A stretch of 64,000 nucleotides of DNA from an uncultured Planctomycetaceae bacterium (GCA_963815195.1 CAWFGE010000012.1:896001-960000); one strand, 5' to 3'. Counted from the first letter of the stretch, positions 20,176 through 29,978 are shown. Notes: generated by a model not told the origin, from the sequence alone. Made by a program: numbers and translations.

Positions 20176-20937
20176 TCAGCGGTTTGACGGCTTTTTGAAA
20201 CGATAGAGTTCCGCCGGGCGGTGGCCTACGTCGGCTTCGCGTTGTCCCGTGGGCACGATCAAACCGGAACCTGAGAGCCGCCGGCGAAACGAATCTTTAT
20301 TGTACCGCCGGCCGAGGATGGTTTCGTGAATGGATTGCAATTGCCGGAGCGTGAATTTCGCCGGCAAGAGCTCGAACCCGATCGGGGCATAATCCAATTT
20401 CCCCCGCAACCGTTTGACCGCGAGGCCCAGAATCTCCGCGTGATCGAACGCGATCGGCAGTTTTTTTCCTGTCTCATCCACCGCCAGGGCCGGTCCGCCG
20501 CGTTCGCCTTTCCAGGGAATTTGGAGGGCGACCAGCCGGGCGTTCTGGTCTTCAAAGCGTTGCCCGATAAGCACCTGGGCATCGACCAGGGCATAATACG
20601 CCACCGTGATGACCCGCGTCCGCGGATCGCGGCGGGGATCGCCGAAGGTGTAAAGCTGCTCCAAAAAAATCCCCCCGAGGCCGACTTTGGTTTCCAGCAC
20701 CCGCCCAGCCGCGGCATCCAGCGACTCCTTCATCCCCACAAACCCGCCCGGCAGACTCCATTTCCCCAATCCCGGATGCTCGCCCCGGCGAATCAGCACC
20801 GCTTTGAGCTGCTCCTCATCCACCGTCACCAGCGCCACATCCACGCTCACGGAAGGATGCGGATACAAGGACGCATCATAGGCGGCGAGAAACTCCTTCT
20901 CGGACAAGACCTCTGGATTCTGCCGCTGTTTTTTCAT
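20176..20937 (-). CDS. nrtR: NrtR-family regulator (Nudix domain plus winged HTH)
   Basis: 'WSLPGGFV', 'LEQLYTFGDPRRDPRTRVITVAY', 'AFDH', 'FTLRQLQ...DSFRR', 'HRPAELY'. Confidence 0.9.
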   Translation of the reverse strand: MKKQRQNPEVLSEKEFLAAYDASLYPHPSVSVDVALVTVDEEQLKAVLIRRGEHPGLGKWSLPGGFVGMKESLDAAAGRVLETKVGLGGIFLEQLYTFGDPRRDPRTRVITVAYYALVDAQVLIGQRFEDQNARLVALQIPWKGERGGPALAVDETGKKLPIAFDHAEILGLAVKRLRGKLDYAPIGFELLPAKFTLRQLQSIHETILGRRYNKDSFRRRLSGSGLIVPTGQREADVGHRPAELYRFKKPSNR

Positions 20938-20958
20938 GCCGACCCCTTATCTACATAA

Positions 20959-20987
20959 AGCATATATGTAAAATGCATCTAAGTCAA
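20959..20987 (-). promoter_or_regulatory. Sigma70-type promoter of nrtR with an imperfect palindrome (candidate NrtR operator)
   Basis: Minus strand TTGACT-N17-TATGCT; the spacer carries TAGATGCA-TTT-TACATATA. Confidence 0.7.
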
Positions 20988-21100
20988 GCGGGTGAATGGC
21001 AGATTTTTTTTGGCGGATCGAAAAGCGAATTTGAAATTAACTTGGAATGATTGGGCGATTCTTCAGCTCACAGGAATTCCCCGCTCAGCAAGTCAGGATC

Positions 21101-21272
21101 CGCCGGGTGCCACTGGCAGCTTGCTGCCAGTGTTTTCCTCAGATCACATTCCATTCTGATGGAAAGTTACGCCAGCCTACTCCGTGAAAGCACTGGCAAC
21201 AAGTTGCCAGTGGCACCCGAAAGGCTTCTTATTGAGAGTACAACGAATTAAACTCACAGTGCCACCCCGCCG
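21101..21272 (+). repeat. 172-bp REPIN-like element, copy 4 (diverged)
   Basis: Same length, orientation and CGCCG ends as copies 1-3; several substitutions, mostly in the spacers. Confidence 0.95.
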
Positions 21273-21347
21273 CGAATTGGAATTCAACCAGATCTCGGCT
21301 AATTCCGCCTCGGCAGAGGGCGTCCACACGACCGTTCGCCGCGTCAT
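21273..21347 (-). pseudogene. Truncated RelE/ParE-like toxin N terminus
   Basis: ATG overlaps the upstream stop (ATGA); MTRRTVVWTPSAEAELAEIWLNSNS then runs into the 172-bp element. Confidence 0.7.
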
Positions 21348-21562
21348 AGGGCTTCCGAGTTCGCCAGGCGTTCCAGGACTTCCGCGGTCGTCCGTCCGCC
21401 TTTCTCGGTCATCGATCGGCGTTTGGCTTCCGCGATCTCGGCTTCGGAGAACGGCTGTGTGAAGCAGCCGATCCGATTGCCCTGCTCGTCAACGACTTCC
21501 AGCGGTTCGAAGGATTCCGCCAATTGCCTGGCTTGTTCCTCGGTGACGACGATTCTTACCAT
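21344..21562 (-). CDS. Small putative type II antitoxin
   Basis: 72 aa, RBS GGAAGG, C-terminal 'GRTTAEVLERL', coupled to a toxin-like start. Confidence 0.7.
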   Translation of the reverse strand: MVRIVVTEEQARQLAESFEPLEVVDEQGNRIGCFTQPFSEAEIAEAKRRSMTEKGGRTTAEVLERLANSEAL

Positions 21563-21857
21563 ATTAACCTTCCTGTTCGCGAATGATTGGTTTCAGACGA
21601 TCTGTACCAAAATCTTGGGAGGTGTCGCCGGTAACAACATGTAGCCCAGATTGCTCGTACCCCGCACTGAAAGAGCCAAAAAGGAAGACAACCCAAGCGG
21701 CCACGCGTTTAGGAGTTGGCTCGGCAAAACACTCTTCAAGGACTTCTTTCATTTCTTTGCCTTCGCCAGAACAGATGAGAATCGCCTGTCAGGAATTATA
21801 CGGGATAACAGGGTATTTGGTTCAAAGGATTTTTCTTAAAAACCGCCCGCATAATGG

Positions 21858-22853
21858 CTACCCCCCAATCGAGTACATCGGCCGGTCCGGTTGGATGAAC
21901 CTCGCCGTATTGATTTCGTGGCCTTCTTTTTTTGTGGCGATGGAATCTTTGATGGCTTCGGCGATTTGGTCGTCGGGGGCGCCATCGCGGATCAGGGTTT
22001 TGATGTCGGTTTCTTCCAGGCTGAACAGGCAGTTGCGGAGTTTGCCGTCGGCGGTCAAGCGAAAGCGGTTGCAGCTCATGCAGAAGGGCCGGCTGACCGA
22101 GGCGATGAAACCCACGCGGCCCTTGCCGTCTTCAAACACGAAATCCGTCGCGGGGGCGCTGGGGTCTTGATGGCCTGTGGGAACGAGGGGCATGATTTCC
22201 TGGGACAACGTTTCGATGATCTCGTGGGCGAAGAGGACCTTGTCCCGCTCCCAGGCGTTGTCGGCATCGAGCGGCATGAACTCGATGAACCTGAGCTCCA
22301 CGCCGGTCTCGCGGGCGAAGCGGCCGAAGGGGACGATCTCATCTTCCGTGAGGCCGCGGACGGAGACCGCGTTGACCTTCACCGGATCGAAGCCCACCCG
22401 CTGGGCGGCCTGGATGCCTTCGATGACCTGCTCGTAACCTTCCCGGCGGGTGATCTGTTGGAACTTGACGGGATCGAGGGCGTCCAAGCTGACGTTAATT
22501 CTTCGGAGGCCGGCGTTCCAGAGGTTTTGGGCCTCATCGGCGAGGAGGATGCCGTTGGTGGTGATGCCGATGTCGCGGATTTCCGGGATGGCCGCGAGCT
22601 TTTCGACCAAGACGGAAAGTTCCCGCCGGACCAAAGGCTCGCCGCCGGTGAGGCGGATTTTGTTGACGCCCAGCTTGACCGCGATGCGGACGAAGCGTTC
22701 GATTTCCTCGAACGTCAAAAGCTGCGACTTCTGCATGAACTGCACGTTCTCGGCCGGCATGCAATAAAAGCAGCGGATGTTGCAGCGGTCGGTCACGCTG
22801 ATCCGCAGGTTGTTATGCACGCGGCCGAAGGAATCGACGAGTTGTTCCGGCAT
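21858..22853 (-). CDS. moaA: GTP 3',8-cyclase (radical SAM)
   Basis: LRISVTDRCNIRCFYC, 'TGGEPL', 'FCMSCNRFRLTADG..RNCLF', C-terminal 'MYSIGG'. Confidence 0.97.
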   Translation of the reverse strand: MPEQLVDSFGRVHNNLRISVTDRCNIRCFYCMPAENVQFMQKSQLLTFEEIERFVRIAVKLGVNKIRLTGGEPLVRRELSVLVEKLAAIPEIRDIGITTNGILLADEAQNLWNAGLRRINVSLDALDPVKFQQITRREGYEQVIEGIQAAQRVGFDPVKVNAVSVRGLTEDEIVPFGRFARETGVELRFIEFMPLDADNAWERDKVLFAHEIIETLSQEIMPLVPTGHQDPSAPATDFVFEDGKGRVGFIASVSRPFCMSCNRFRLTADGKLRNCLFSLEETDIKTLIRDGAPDDQIAEAIKDSIATKKEGHEINTARFIQPDRPMYSIGG

Positions 22854-22997
22854 CGGGGTCTGTCCAGGGATGGTTTGCGGCGTTCGGTTCTCGGTCGTCG
22901 GATCGGAACGCGGGGGCGGGGAATGATCCCTCAATTTTAGAGCGGGACGGGTCAGCTTGTCCACCGGCCTTTTTTCGGCATCGTTTCCCATTGGGTT

Positions 22998-23269
22998 TTT
23001 AACGCAAAGGCGCAAAGAGAAGACGCAAAGAACAGCGCGGCTTCTGCCCCAACCAAAAAGCTATGAACCGCGGATAACGCGGATAGGCGCGCATAAAAAA
23101 GATAGAACGCAAGAAAGGGAAAGAAAGCCACTGAAGCTTTTAGCAACGCACCTTAAGCATTTAAGCATTCAGATTTTTTCCAGAAGGATTTCATGCTGAA
23201 AGCGGATTGCTGAATGCGGGCTGCTTTCTTTGTGCTCTTTGCGTCTTCCCTTTGCGTCTTTGCGTTAAA
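22998..23269. repeat. Intergenic element with short-period inverted arms (AACGCAAAG..CGCAAAG / CTTTGCG..CTTTGCGTT)
   Basis: Left arm 22998-23032, right arm 23237-23269; inner ACCGCGGATAACGCGGAT motif. Confidence 0.75.
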
Positions 23270-23294
23270 TCGATTTCTTGGAGATGTCGATTGC

Positions 23295-24887
23295 TCAATC
23301 GATCGCGGCGGGGGCGAAGTTTTGGAGGCGGTTTTGGTTTTGATTCTGCAGGGCTTGCTGGACGGCTCGGCGGCGGCCGCCGCCGCCGGCTTCTTGAATG
23401 GCGGTGCCGATGGTCGCGGGGTTCAAACCGCCGGTGAGCTGCAGGCCATCGATCTCCGCGCCGATCTGCCGGGCCTGCGTGAGGGCGTTGATGCGGGCGA
23501 GGCTGGTTTGCAGGTAGCGGTCCTGGATCGCGAGCACGGTCGGGTAGTTGAGCTGGCCCTGCTCGTAGCCTTGGATCGTCAGGTTCAGCGTTTTCTGGAG
23601 CTTGGGCAGCACGTTGTCCCTCAGGCGCTCGGCTTCGTTCTTGGCCTGGACGTAATCGCGATACGTCGCGGAGAGCTGATCGCGGAGCACGAGCTTCACC
23701 CGCTCCACCTCCGTCTTGGCCCGCTGGAGTTCCTGGCAGGAGTTATAGATCTGGCCCTGGTTGCGGTCGAAGAACGGCACCGGCAAGGCGACGAGCGCAT
23801 TGATGGTGCCATAGTCCATCACCCGGTCGTATTGGCCCACGACCTGCACGGTCACGTCGGGCACGGGCGTGGCTTGGTTCCGGATGAGAGTGCGATGGGC
23901 GATGCCCACCTGGGCTTCGGTGCTGTGAAGCTGCGGATTGGCCGTGAGCAGGCGGCCCAGTTCCTCGTCAAAGTTCAACTCGGGGAGCTTCGTTTCCGGT
24001 TCGATGAGATGGGTCATCGGCATTTCCGGCTGGCCGACAAACACCGCCAGCCGCCGCCACGCCGCCTCGTGCTCCGCCTTAATGTTCTCGAGAGCCAGTT
24101 CGACCTGGGCCACCTGGACCTCGGCTTGAAGGACGTCCGTTTCCGGGACCTGTTGGCCTTTGAGGAGTGCCTGGGCGGCTTTGAGGCTTTGCTCGGTGAT
24201 CTGGAGGATTTTCTCGACGAGTGCCACCTGCTGTTGCGCGCCGATGACGTCGAAGTACCGCCGGCGGACATCGGTGAGGACGCGGATTTTCTGGGCTTCG
24301 AACTGCCATTGGGTGTTTTGGATGCCGAAGACTTCGATGTCGCGGTTCTTCTGGAGTTTATTGGCGGTGATGAACGTCTGCTGGACGAGCATCCCGTTGG
24401 TGTGGGACTGGTCCGAGCGGGTCGTGTCGCTTTGGACGTAGCCCAGGGTCGGGTTGGGATACAGGCCGATTTGGAGCCAGTTGCCGCGCTCTTTTTCGAC
24501 CTCGGCCTGAGCCAACCGCAGCGTGGGATTGTTGTCGAGGGCGATCTGCTCCAACTGGGCGAGGGTCATGCCTTCCGGTGACGGAGCGAAATCAGGACTC
24601 GGTGCCGGGACCGGAACGCCGGGATTTGACGGAGGAGCGTTGTCCGCCCGGGCCGGTTTGGGTTGAGCCTTCGCGGGCTCGTCATCGTGGAGCGCCAACG
24701 GCACGAATCGGCCGTCGGTTTGCGCGATCCCGCCATTTGCCGATGTCGAAACGTGAGTCGTCGCGGGCTTGCAAGCGGCAAGCCGTTTCGGAGCCTGGGC
24801 GTCCCGCATGGAGTCGACGTTTGCGCAAGACGAGCACAGCAGAACCAGGCTGGCCCAACTCAGGGAAGTATATGAACACCGAGGCAT
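23295..24887 (-). CDS. TolC/CzcC-family outer membrane efflux protein
   Basis: Lipoprotein-like signal, 'LEQIALDNNPTL', 'GLYPNP', 'PFFDRNQG'. Confidence 0.9.
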   Translation of the reverse strand: MPRCSYTSLSWASLVLLCSSCANVDSMRDAQAPKRLAACKPATTHVSTSANGGIAQTDGRFVPLALHDDEPAKAQPKPARADNAPPSNPGVPVPAPSPDFAPSPEGMTLAQLEQIALDNNPTLRLAQAEVEKERGNWLQIGLYPNPTLGYVQSDTTRSDQSHTNGMLVQQTFITANKLQKNRDIEVFGIQNTQWQFEAQKIRVLTDVRRRYFDVIGAQQQVALVEKILQITEQSLKAAQALLKGQQVPETDVLQAEVQVAQVELALENIKAEHEAAWRRLAVFVGQPEMPMTHLIEPETKLPELNFDEELGRLLTANPQLHSTEAQVGIAHRTLIRNQATPVPDVTVQVVGQYDRVMDYGTINALVALPVPFFDRNQGQIYNSCQELQRAKTEVERVKLVLRDQLSATYRDYVQAKNEAERLRDNVLPKLQKTLNLTIQGYEQGQLNYPTVLAIQDRYLQTSLARINALTQARQIGAEIDGLQLTGGLNPATIGTAIQEAGGGGRRRAVQQALQNQNQNRLQNFAPAAID

Positions 24888-24972
24888 AACTCGCTCCGAA
24901 ACCGAAGATGGAAAAAGCGGATGGGCGGGCCCTTGAGGAAATCACCGCCCGGGGGGTGTCTCGGCACGTTGC

Positions 24973-25371
24973 CTAAATCCGCAGCTTTCCCAAGCGCGCT
25001 CGGAGCGGCGTCGATCGTTCTGTGTGCCAATCTCGGCGCGGATGTTCCGGTCCCTCCACAGCGAGCCTCTCTCGGTGGACCTCACCAAAGTCGGCCGATT
25101 CGATTGGGCGAATACTTTGGGGCGTTTTTCCCAAGCGAGGCTCCAGAACGGATGCCTGGCAGAAAGGACACTTGGGGCCCTGGTGCCCGTCTTTTCGCGG
25201 CTTCGGCAGCGGAGAGGGATTTTTTTCGGACCCGTGCGTTTTGCTGCAGCAACAGCAAGGGGCGTTCGGCGTTTCCGTGGGAGCCTTCGCAGCGGCGCAA
25301 AGGCAGCAGGGGACGATGGTTTGCCAAACCACCGCCACAATCAACCCGATGCACGCCGCTCGGTGCTTCAT
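24973..25371 (-). CDS. Small Cys-rich exported hypothetical protein
   Basis: MKHRAACIGLIVAVVWQ..PCCLC..PCCCCSK..CPFC..RARLGKLRI, upstream of the TolC gene. Confidence 0.6.
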   Translation of the reverse strand: MKHRAACIGLIVAVVWQTIVPCCLCAAAKAPTETPNAPCCCCSKTHGSEKNPSPLPKPRKDGHQGPKCPFCQASVLEPRLGKTPQSIRPIESADFGEVHRERLAVEGPEHPRRDWHTERSTPLRARLGKLRI

Positions 25372-25668
25372 GTTCAAACGATCCCCAAGCCGAGAGGAAA
25401 TTCTGAGCAACCTTGTCGGTGGTATCGGCCGATCCGAAAAGAGGACTTGACACGGAAATTCCGGTTGCAGGGATTCTCCGGGGGAGAAATTGGGAATCCG
25501 CGCGATTGACAGGCGATGGGCCGGATTCAATAATAGATTTGTTGATGGGCGTCGCGCCGGCGTCCATTCGATTCCGGTCATGACTGCCCCCTCCGAGCGA
25601 TGTTCGCGCTCGAGGGGTTTTTTGTTGGAATGGGGTTGGATCGAAATGCCTGCAGAAAAGGAATCCCG

Positions 25669-26142
25669 ATGACGTTCAAACATGAAAAGCCGGTTGTTCC
25701 TGTGATTTGGGTGGTGGTCGCGGACCGTTCGCGGGCCAGGATCCTCTCGGCCGACTGGCCCGAGCCTTCGGAGTGGACGGAAGCCGCCGACATGGTCCAT
25801 GCGGAAGGCTCACTGAAGGGAACCGACGTCAACACCGATGGGCCGACCAATTTTGGCGAAACAATGCGCGGCCACCATGACGGCGAACCCAAGACCGACT
25901 TCAAACATCAGACGGCCGAGCGGTTCGCCGATGAAATCATCGCCAAGCTCGAAGAGGGCCGGGTGAAAAACCAGTTCGGGAAATTGGGGGTGGTTTGTCC
26001 GCCGCTGTTTTTGGGCGTCCTCCGAAACAAGTTGTCCTCTCAATTGGAGCAAATGGTGACGCTGGAACTCGACAAGGACTACACCCACGTGAAATTCAAG
26101 GACATCTGCGCCCATTTGAATTCCGAGTTGGCATCGGCCTGA
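25669..26142 (+). CDS. Host attachment protein family (release-factor-like, baeRF)
   Basis: 'WVVVADRSRARI', 'ERFA', 'PPLFLGVLR', 'ELDKDYT'. Confidence 0.88.
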   Translation: MTFKHEKPVVPVIWVVVADRSRARILSADWPEPSEWTEAADMVHAEGSLKGTDVNTDGPTNFGETMRGHHDGEPKTDFKHQTAERFADEIIAKLEEGRVKNQFGKLGVVCPPLFLGVLRNKLSSQLEQMVTLELDKDYTHVKFKDICAHLNSELASA

Positions 26143-26155
26143 GGGAGTTTCTCCC

Positions 26156-26953
26156 ATGACCGAATCGCTGTTGGAAACCACCGCCGCCGACGGGGTGTTG
26201 CGGATTGCGCTCGATCGGCCAAACAAACGCAACGCCCTCTCGCGGGAACTGATTCGCCAACTGCATGTGGCGGTCGATCAAGCCGCGGGTGATGAGGGCG
26301 TCCGGCTCGTCGTGCTCGCGGCGAACGGGCCGGCGTTTTGTGCGGGGATGGATCTGGCCGAGATGCAAGACCGCGCCGGCCAACCGAACGCCCGGGAAAT
26401 TTGGCAAGAGGACACCCAGGTTTACCGCGATCTCTTGGTGGCGATTGTGACGCTGACCAAACCCACGCTCGCGGTCGTCCAAGGGCCGGCTCTGGCGGGC
26501 GGGATGGGTCTGGCGATGGCCTGCGATTTGGTATTGGCGACCGACGCCGCCGTCTTCGGTCTGCCCGAACCCAAGCGAGGCATCACCGCCGCGGTCGTCG
26601 CCCCGTTGGTCTGCTATCGAGCCGGCCTCAGCACGGCGTCTTATCTCTTGCTCTCCGGCAAAAACCTCACCGCAACCGAAAGCGAACAACGCGGCCTCTG
26701 TCATCAAGTCGTTTCCAGTGAAGATCTCAAAACCGCGGAACAAGATCTTTGCCGCAGCATCCTCACCGGAGCCCCCGCCGCGCTGGCCATGACGAAAGCC
26801 CATCTCTTGAACACAGCCGGCAAGGACCTCATCGCCCAACTGGACGCCGGGATGGAAGTTTCCGCGAAGGCCCGCGAGACAGCGGACGCCCGCGAAGGCC
26901 TCGCCGCGTTCTTGGAAAAACGCCACCCGAAGTGGTCCCCGCCGGCAGAGTGA
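26156..26953 (+). CDS. Enoyl-CoA hydratase/isomerase family protein
   Basis: 'RPNKRNAL', 'AFCAGMDL', 'ALAGGMGLAMACD', 'EGLAAFLEKR'. Confidence 0.93.
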   Translation: MTESLLETTAADGVLRIALDRPNKRNALSRELIRQLHVAVDQAAGDEGVRLVVLAANGPAFCAGMDLAEMQDRAGQPNAREIWQEDTQVYRDLLVAIVTLTKPTLAVVQGPALAGGMGLAMACDLVLATDAAVFGLPEPKRGITAAVVAPLVCYRAGLSTASYLLLSGKNLTATESEQRGLCHQVVSSEDLKTAEQDLCRSILTGAPAALAMTKAHLLNTAGKDLIAQLDAGMEVSAKARETADAREGLAAFLEKRHPKWSPPAE

Positions 26954-27001
26954 CGGCGTTATTCGAAATCGCCCGTCCCAAGGGCCCGACGCGCGGATTC
27001 A

Positions 27002-27051
27002 ACAGAATCATGGTTTTTTACAAAATCATGATTTTGTGAACCATGATTCTG
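27002..27051. repeat. AT-rich intergenic palindrome
   Basis: ACAGAATCATGGTT...CAAAATCATGATTTTG...AACCATGATTCTGT. Confidence 0.65.
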
Positions 27052-27259
27052 TGATTAGGACCGGAGTGCATGCGGTCCGGTCCGAGATTTGTGCGAGGAG
27101 TGCGATTCTTCGGATAAGCGTCGTGGACGATCGGGAGCGTTGACGTTTATTGGATTGGGCCGGGTTTTTGTTATGCTAATGGAACAAGGCGGCGCGGAAC
27201 CTTTCTCGCTCGTGGGTGTTCTTTAACCCAGACTTCTTCACTTCCTTTTGGAGCACGAC

Positions 27260-27997
27260 ATGATGGACAATCTCACTTCCGGCCGGCGGCGGTTCTTGCA
27301 GGGGGCGGCCCTCACGACCGCGGCGTTTGCAGTGCCCGGCGTGTTTGCCGAGGAGCTTTCCCGAACGCCCCGCCAGACCGAGGGGCCGTTTTATCCCGAC
27401 CATTTGCCGCTCGATACCGACAACGATCTCTTGATCATCAACGACACGATCACCCCCGGCGTCGGACAGATTACCCATTTGACCGGGCGGGTGCTCAGCC
27501 CCGCGGGCGAACCGGTGCGTGGCGCCGTCGTCGAAATCTGGCAAGCCGACAACCACGGCGTTTACATCCACTCGCAAAGCGCGGGAAGCGGGAACCGCGA
27601 CAAAAACTTCCAGGGCTTCGGGCGGTTTCTGACTGGCTCGAAAGGCGAGTATTACTTCCGCACGATCCGCCCCGTGCCTTATGTGCCCCGCACGCCGCAC
27701 ATCCATTTCGCGGTGAACATCAAAGGCAAACGCTACCTGACGACGCAGTGTTATATTAAAGGCCACGAACTCAACGACCGCGACGGCGTGCTCAGGGGCC
27801 TCCGGGATCCCAAGGCCCGCGAACTCTTGATGGTCGATTTCAAGCCGATCAAAGCTTCGAAGCTGGACGAATTCGCCGCGAACTTTGACATCATCATCGG
27901 CACCACGCCGGAAGATCCCGAAGAGCGCGGCCCCGGCGGCCGTCCCCCCGCAGGCGGTCCGCGCGGCAATCGCCCCCAAGGCCCGCCCCGCCGGTAA
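27260..27997 (+). CDS. Intradiol ring-cleavage dioxygenase-like protein, Tat-exported
   Basis: GRRRFL, 'TEGPFYP', 'EIWQAD..GVY', 'RTPHIH'. Confidence 0.9.
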   Translation: MMDNLTSGRRRFLQGAALTTAAFAVPGVFAEELSRTPRQTEGPFYPDHLPLDTDNDLLIINDTITPGVGQITHLTGRVLSPAGEPVRGAVVEIWQADNHGVYIHSQSAGSGNRDKNFQGFGRFLTGSKGEYYFRTIRPVPYVPRTPHIHFAVNIKGKRYLTTQCYIKGHELNDRDGVLRGLRDPKARELLMVDFKPIKASKLDEFAANFDIIIGTTPEDPEERGPGGRPPAGGPRGNRPQGPPRR

Positions 27998-28018
27998 TTG
28001 AAGCGGGCGCATCGAAAC

Positions 28019-28076
28019 AGAGCCGCGCACGAAGTCATCGGATTCTAAAAAGACCGCTTACGGCGTGCGCGGCTCT
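28019..28076. repeat. REP-like hairpin (AGAGCCGCGCACG family)
   Basis: AGAGCCGCGCACG...CGTGCGCGGCTCT; same family at 31777-31865. Confidence 0.75.
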
Positions 28077-28223
28077 TGCCCTTCAATTCCCGGTTCAAGT
28101 GCGGCTCTGGCGCTTGAATCTCTGGCTCGAAGAGCGGTACACTGAACCATCATTCTTATGAAGGACCGCCTTCCTCCACCGGTTTTTTCACATTTCCCTG
28201 ACCTCCCGCCAGGAGCCTTGCTC

Positions 28224-29678
28224 ATGTCTCATCAATCGCGCCGTGAATTCTTGGAACGTTCGATGTTTGCCGCCGCGGCCGCCGTCGCCGCCGGTTCGGG
28301 CAGCACCAGGCTCCTCGCCCAGGAACAGCAATCGTCCAGCCCGAACGAACGGCTGCGGGTGGCGGTGCTGGGTGTTCGCAGCCGGGGCAAGACGCATCTG
28401 GACGCTTACAAAAAACGGGCCGACACCGAAATCGCGATCATTGTCGATGTGGACGAAGTCATCGGCCAGAAGGCGGTCGACGACATCGAAAAAGCGACCG
28501 GCAAACGCCCGCATTACCTCAAGGACATGCGGCAGGCGTTTGACGACAAGTCCATCGATCTCGTGAGCATCGCCACGCCCAACCATTGGCATTCGCTCGC
28601 GACGATCTGGGCGGTGCAGGCCGGGAAAGACGTTTACGTGGAAAAACCGGTGAGCCACAACGTCAGTGAAGGCCGGCGGGCGGTGCAAGCCGCGCGGAAG
28701 TACAACAAAATCGTGCAGACCGGCACCCAATGCCGATCCACCGGCGCAACGACCGCCGCGGTGGAGTTTGTACAATCGGGCGGCATCGGCGAAGTGAACC
28801 TCGCCCGCGGGCTGTGCTACAAACCCCGGGGCTCTATCGGGCCGCGCGGCAAATATCCGATCCCGCAATCCGTCGATTACAATCTCTGGACCGGCCCGGC
28901 CGCGCTCTTGCCGCTCACCCGGCCGAAGCTGCACTACGATTGGCATTGGCAGTGGAACACGGGCAACGGCGATTTGGGCAACCAGGGCATCCATCAAATG
29001 GACATTTGCCGCTGGGGTTTGGGGCTCGACGGCATCGGCCAAGGCGTACTCAGCTACGGCGGACGCTTCGGATACGAAGACGCCGGCGAAACCGCCAACA
29101 CTCAGGTCAACATCCACGACTACGGCGACAAGCAAATCATCTTCGAAGTCCGCGGCCTGCCTACCGAAAGCCTCCGCGGAGCCAAGGTCGGGGTGATCTT
29201 CTACGGCACCAAAGGTTACGTCGTGATGACCCAATACACCGCCGGGGCCGCGTTCGATTTGGATGGCAACCTCATCAAACCGTTCACCGGCGGCGACGAC
29301 CACTTCGGCAATTTCATCAAGGCCGTCCGCACCCGGAATCCCGAAGACTTAAACGCCGACATCGAAGAAGGCCACTACTCAAGCGCCCTCTGCCATCTGG
29401 GGAACGTCTCGATGAACCTGGGCGATCTCGTCACCGGGGCCCAAGCCAAGGAACGCCTGGACGGCAACCGCGAATCGCTGGAAACGTTCGAGCGGTTCTC
29501 CGAGCACCTGGGCAAAAACAGCGTCGATCTGGGCAAGACCAAGCTCCGCCTGGGCAAGCAGCTCAAAATCGATCCGCGGAAGGAAGTCTTCGTGGGCGAG
29601 TTCGCGGAACTGGCCAATCCGCACCTGACCCGCGAATACCGCAAAGATTTCGCGGTGCCCAGCGAAGCGCAACTGTGA
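28224..29678 (+). CDS. Gfo/Idh/MocA oxidoreductase, Tat-exported
   Basis: SRREFL, 'ATPNHWH', 'YVEKP', 'NQGIHQMD'. Confidence 0.95.
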   Translation: MSHQSRREFLERSMFAAAAAVAAGSGSTRLLAQEQQSSSPNERLRVAVLGVRSRGKTHLDAYKKRADTEIAIIVDVDEVIGQKAVDDIEKATGKRPHYLKDMRQAFDDKSIDLVSIATPNHWHSLATIWAVQAGKDVYVEKPVSHNVSEGRRAVQAARKYNKIVQTGTQCRSTGATTAAVEFVQSGGIGEVNLARGLCYKPRGSIGPRGKYPIPQSVDYNLWTGPAALLPLTRPKLHYDWHWQWNTGNGDLGNQGIHQMDICRWGLGLDGIGQGVLSYGGRFGYEDAGETANTQVNIHDYGDKQIIFEVRGLPTESLRGAKVGVIFYGTKGYVVMTQYTAGAAFDLDGNLIKPFTGGDDHFGNFIKAVRTRNPEDLNADIEEGHYSSALCHLGNVSMNLGDLVTGAQAKERLDGNRESLETFERFSEHLGKNSVDLGKTKLRLGKQLKIDPRKEVFVGEFAELANPHLTREYRKDFAVPSEAQL

Positions 29679-29711
29679 TCGTAGCGCGCGGACCAACCTG
29701 CGGTCGGTGCC

Positions 29712-29784
29712 CGCGTAAGCCCCAGGATTTCAACGAATCACAAAAAAGCCATTCCGATCATTGGGCTGACGCCCAACGCTCGCC
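29712..29784. repeat. Degenerate GCGAGC-family REP pair
   Basis: gcgtaagccccagga...tgggctgacgcccaacgctcgcc; resembles 62395-62523. Confidence 0.6.
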
Positions 29785-29978
29785 GGTTTGATTCCCAACT
29801 TCAAAGAACACCGGAGAAATTTTACGTCTCCGGTGTTTTTTCTGCGCGGAGTTGGTATATCCGGTGAATGTGCTGGGAACTTTCCTCTCGTTTCCCCACA
29901 GGGAAACTCCGCCGGTTGCCGCCGGAAAATTACGGTTCTATAATTCCATTGCATTTCGTTAATCACCTTGAGGGAACC

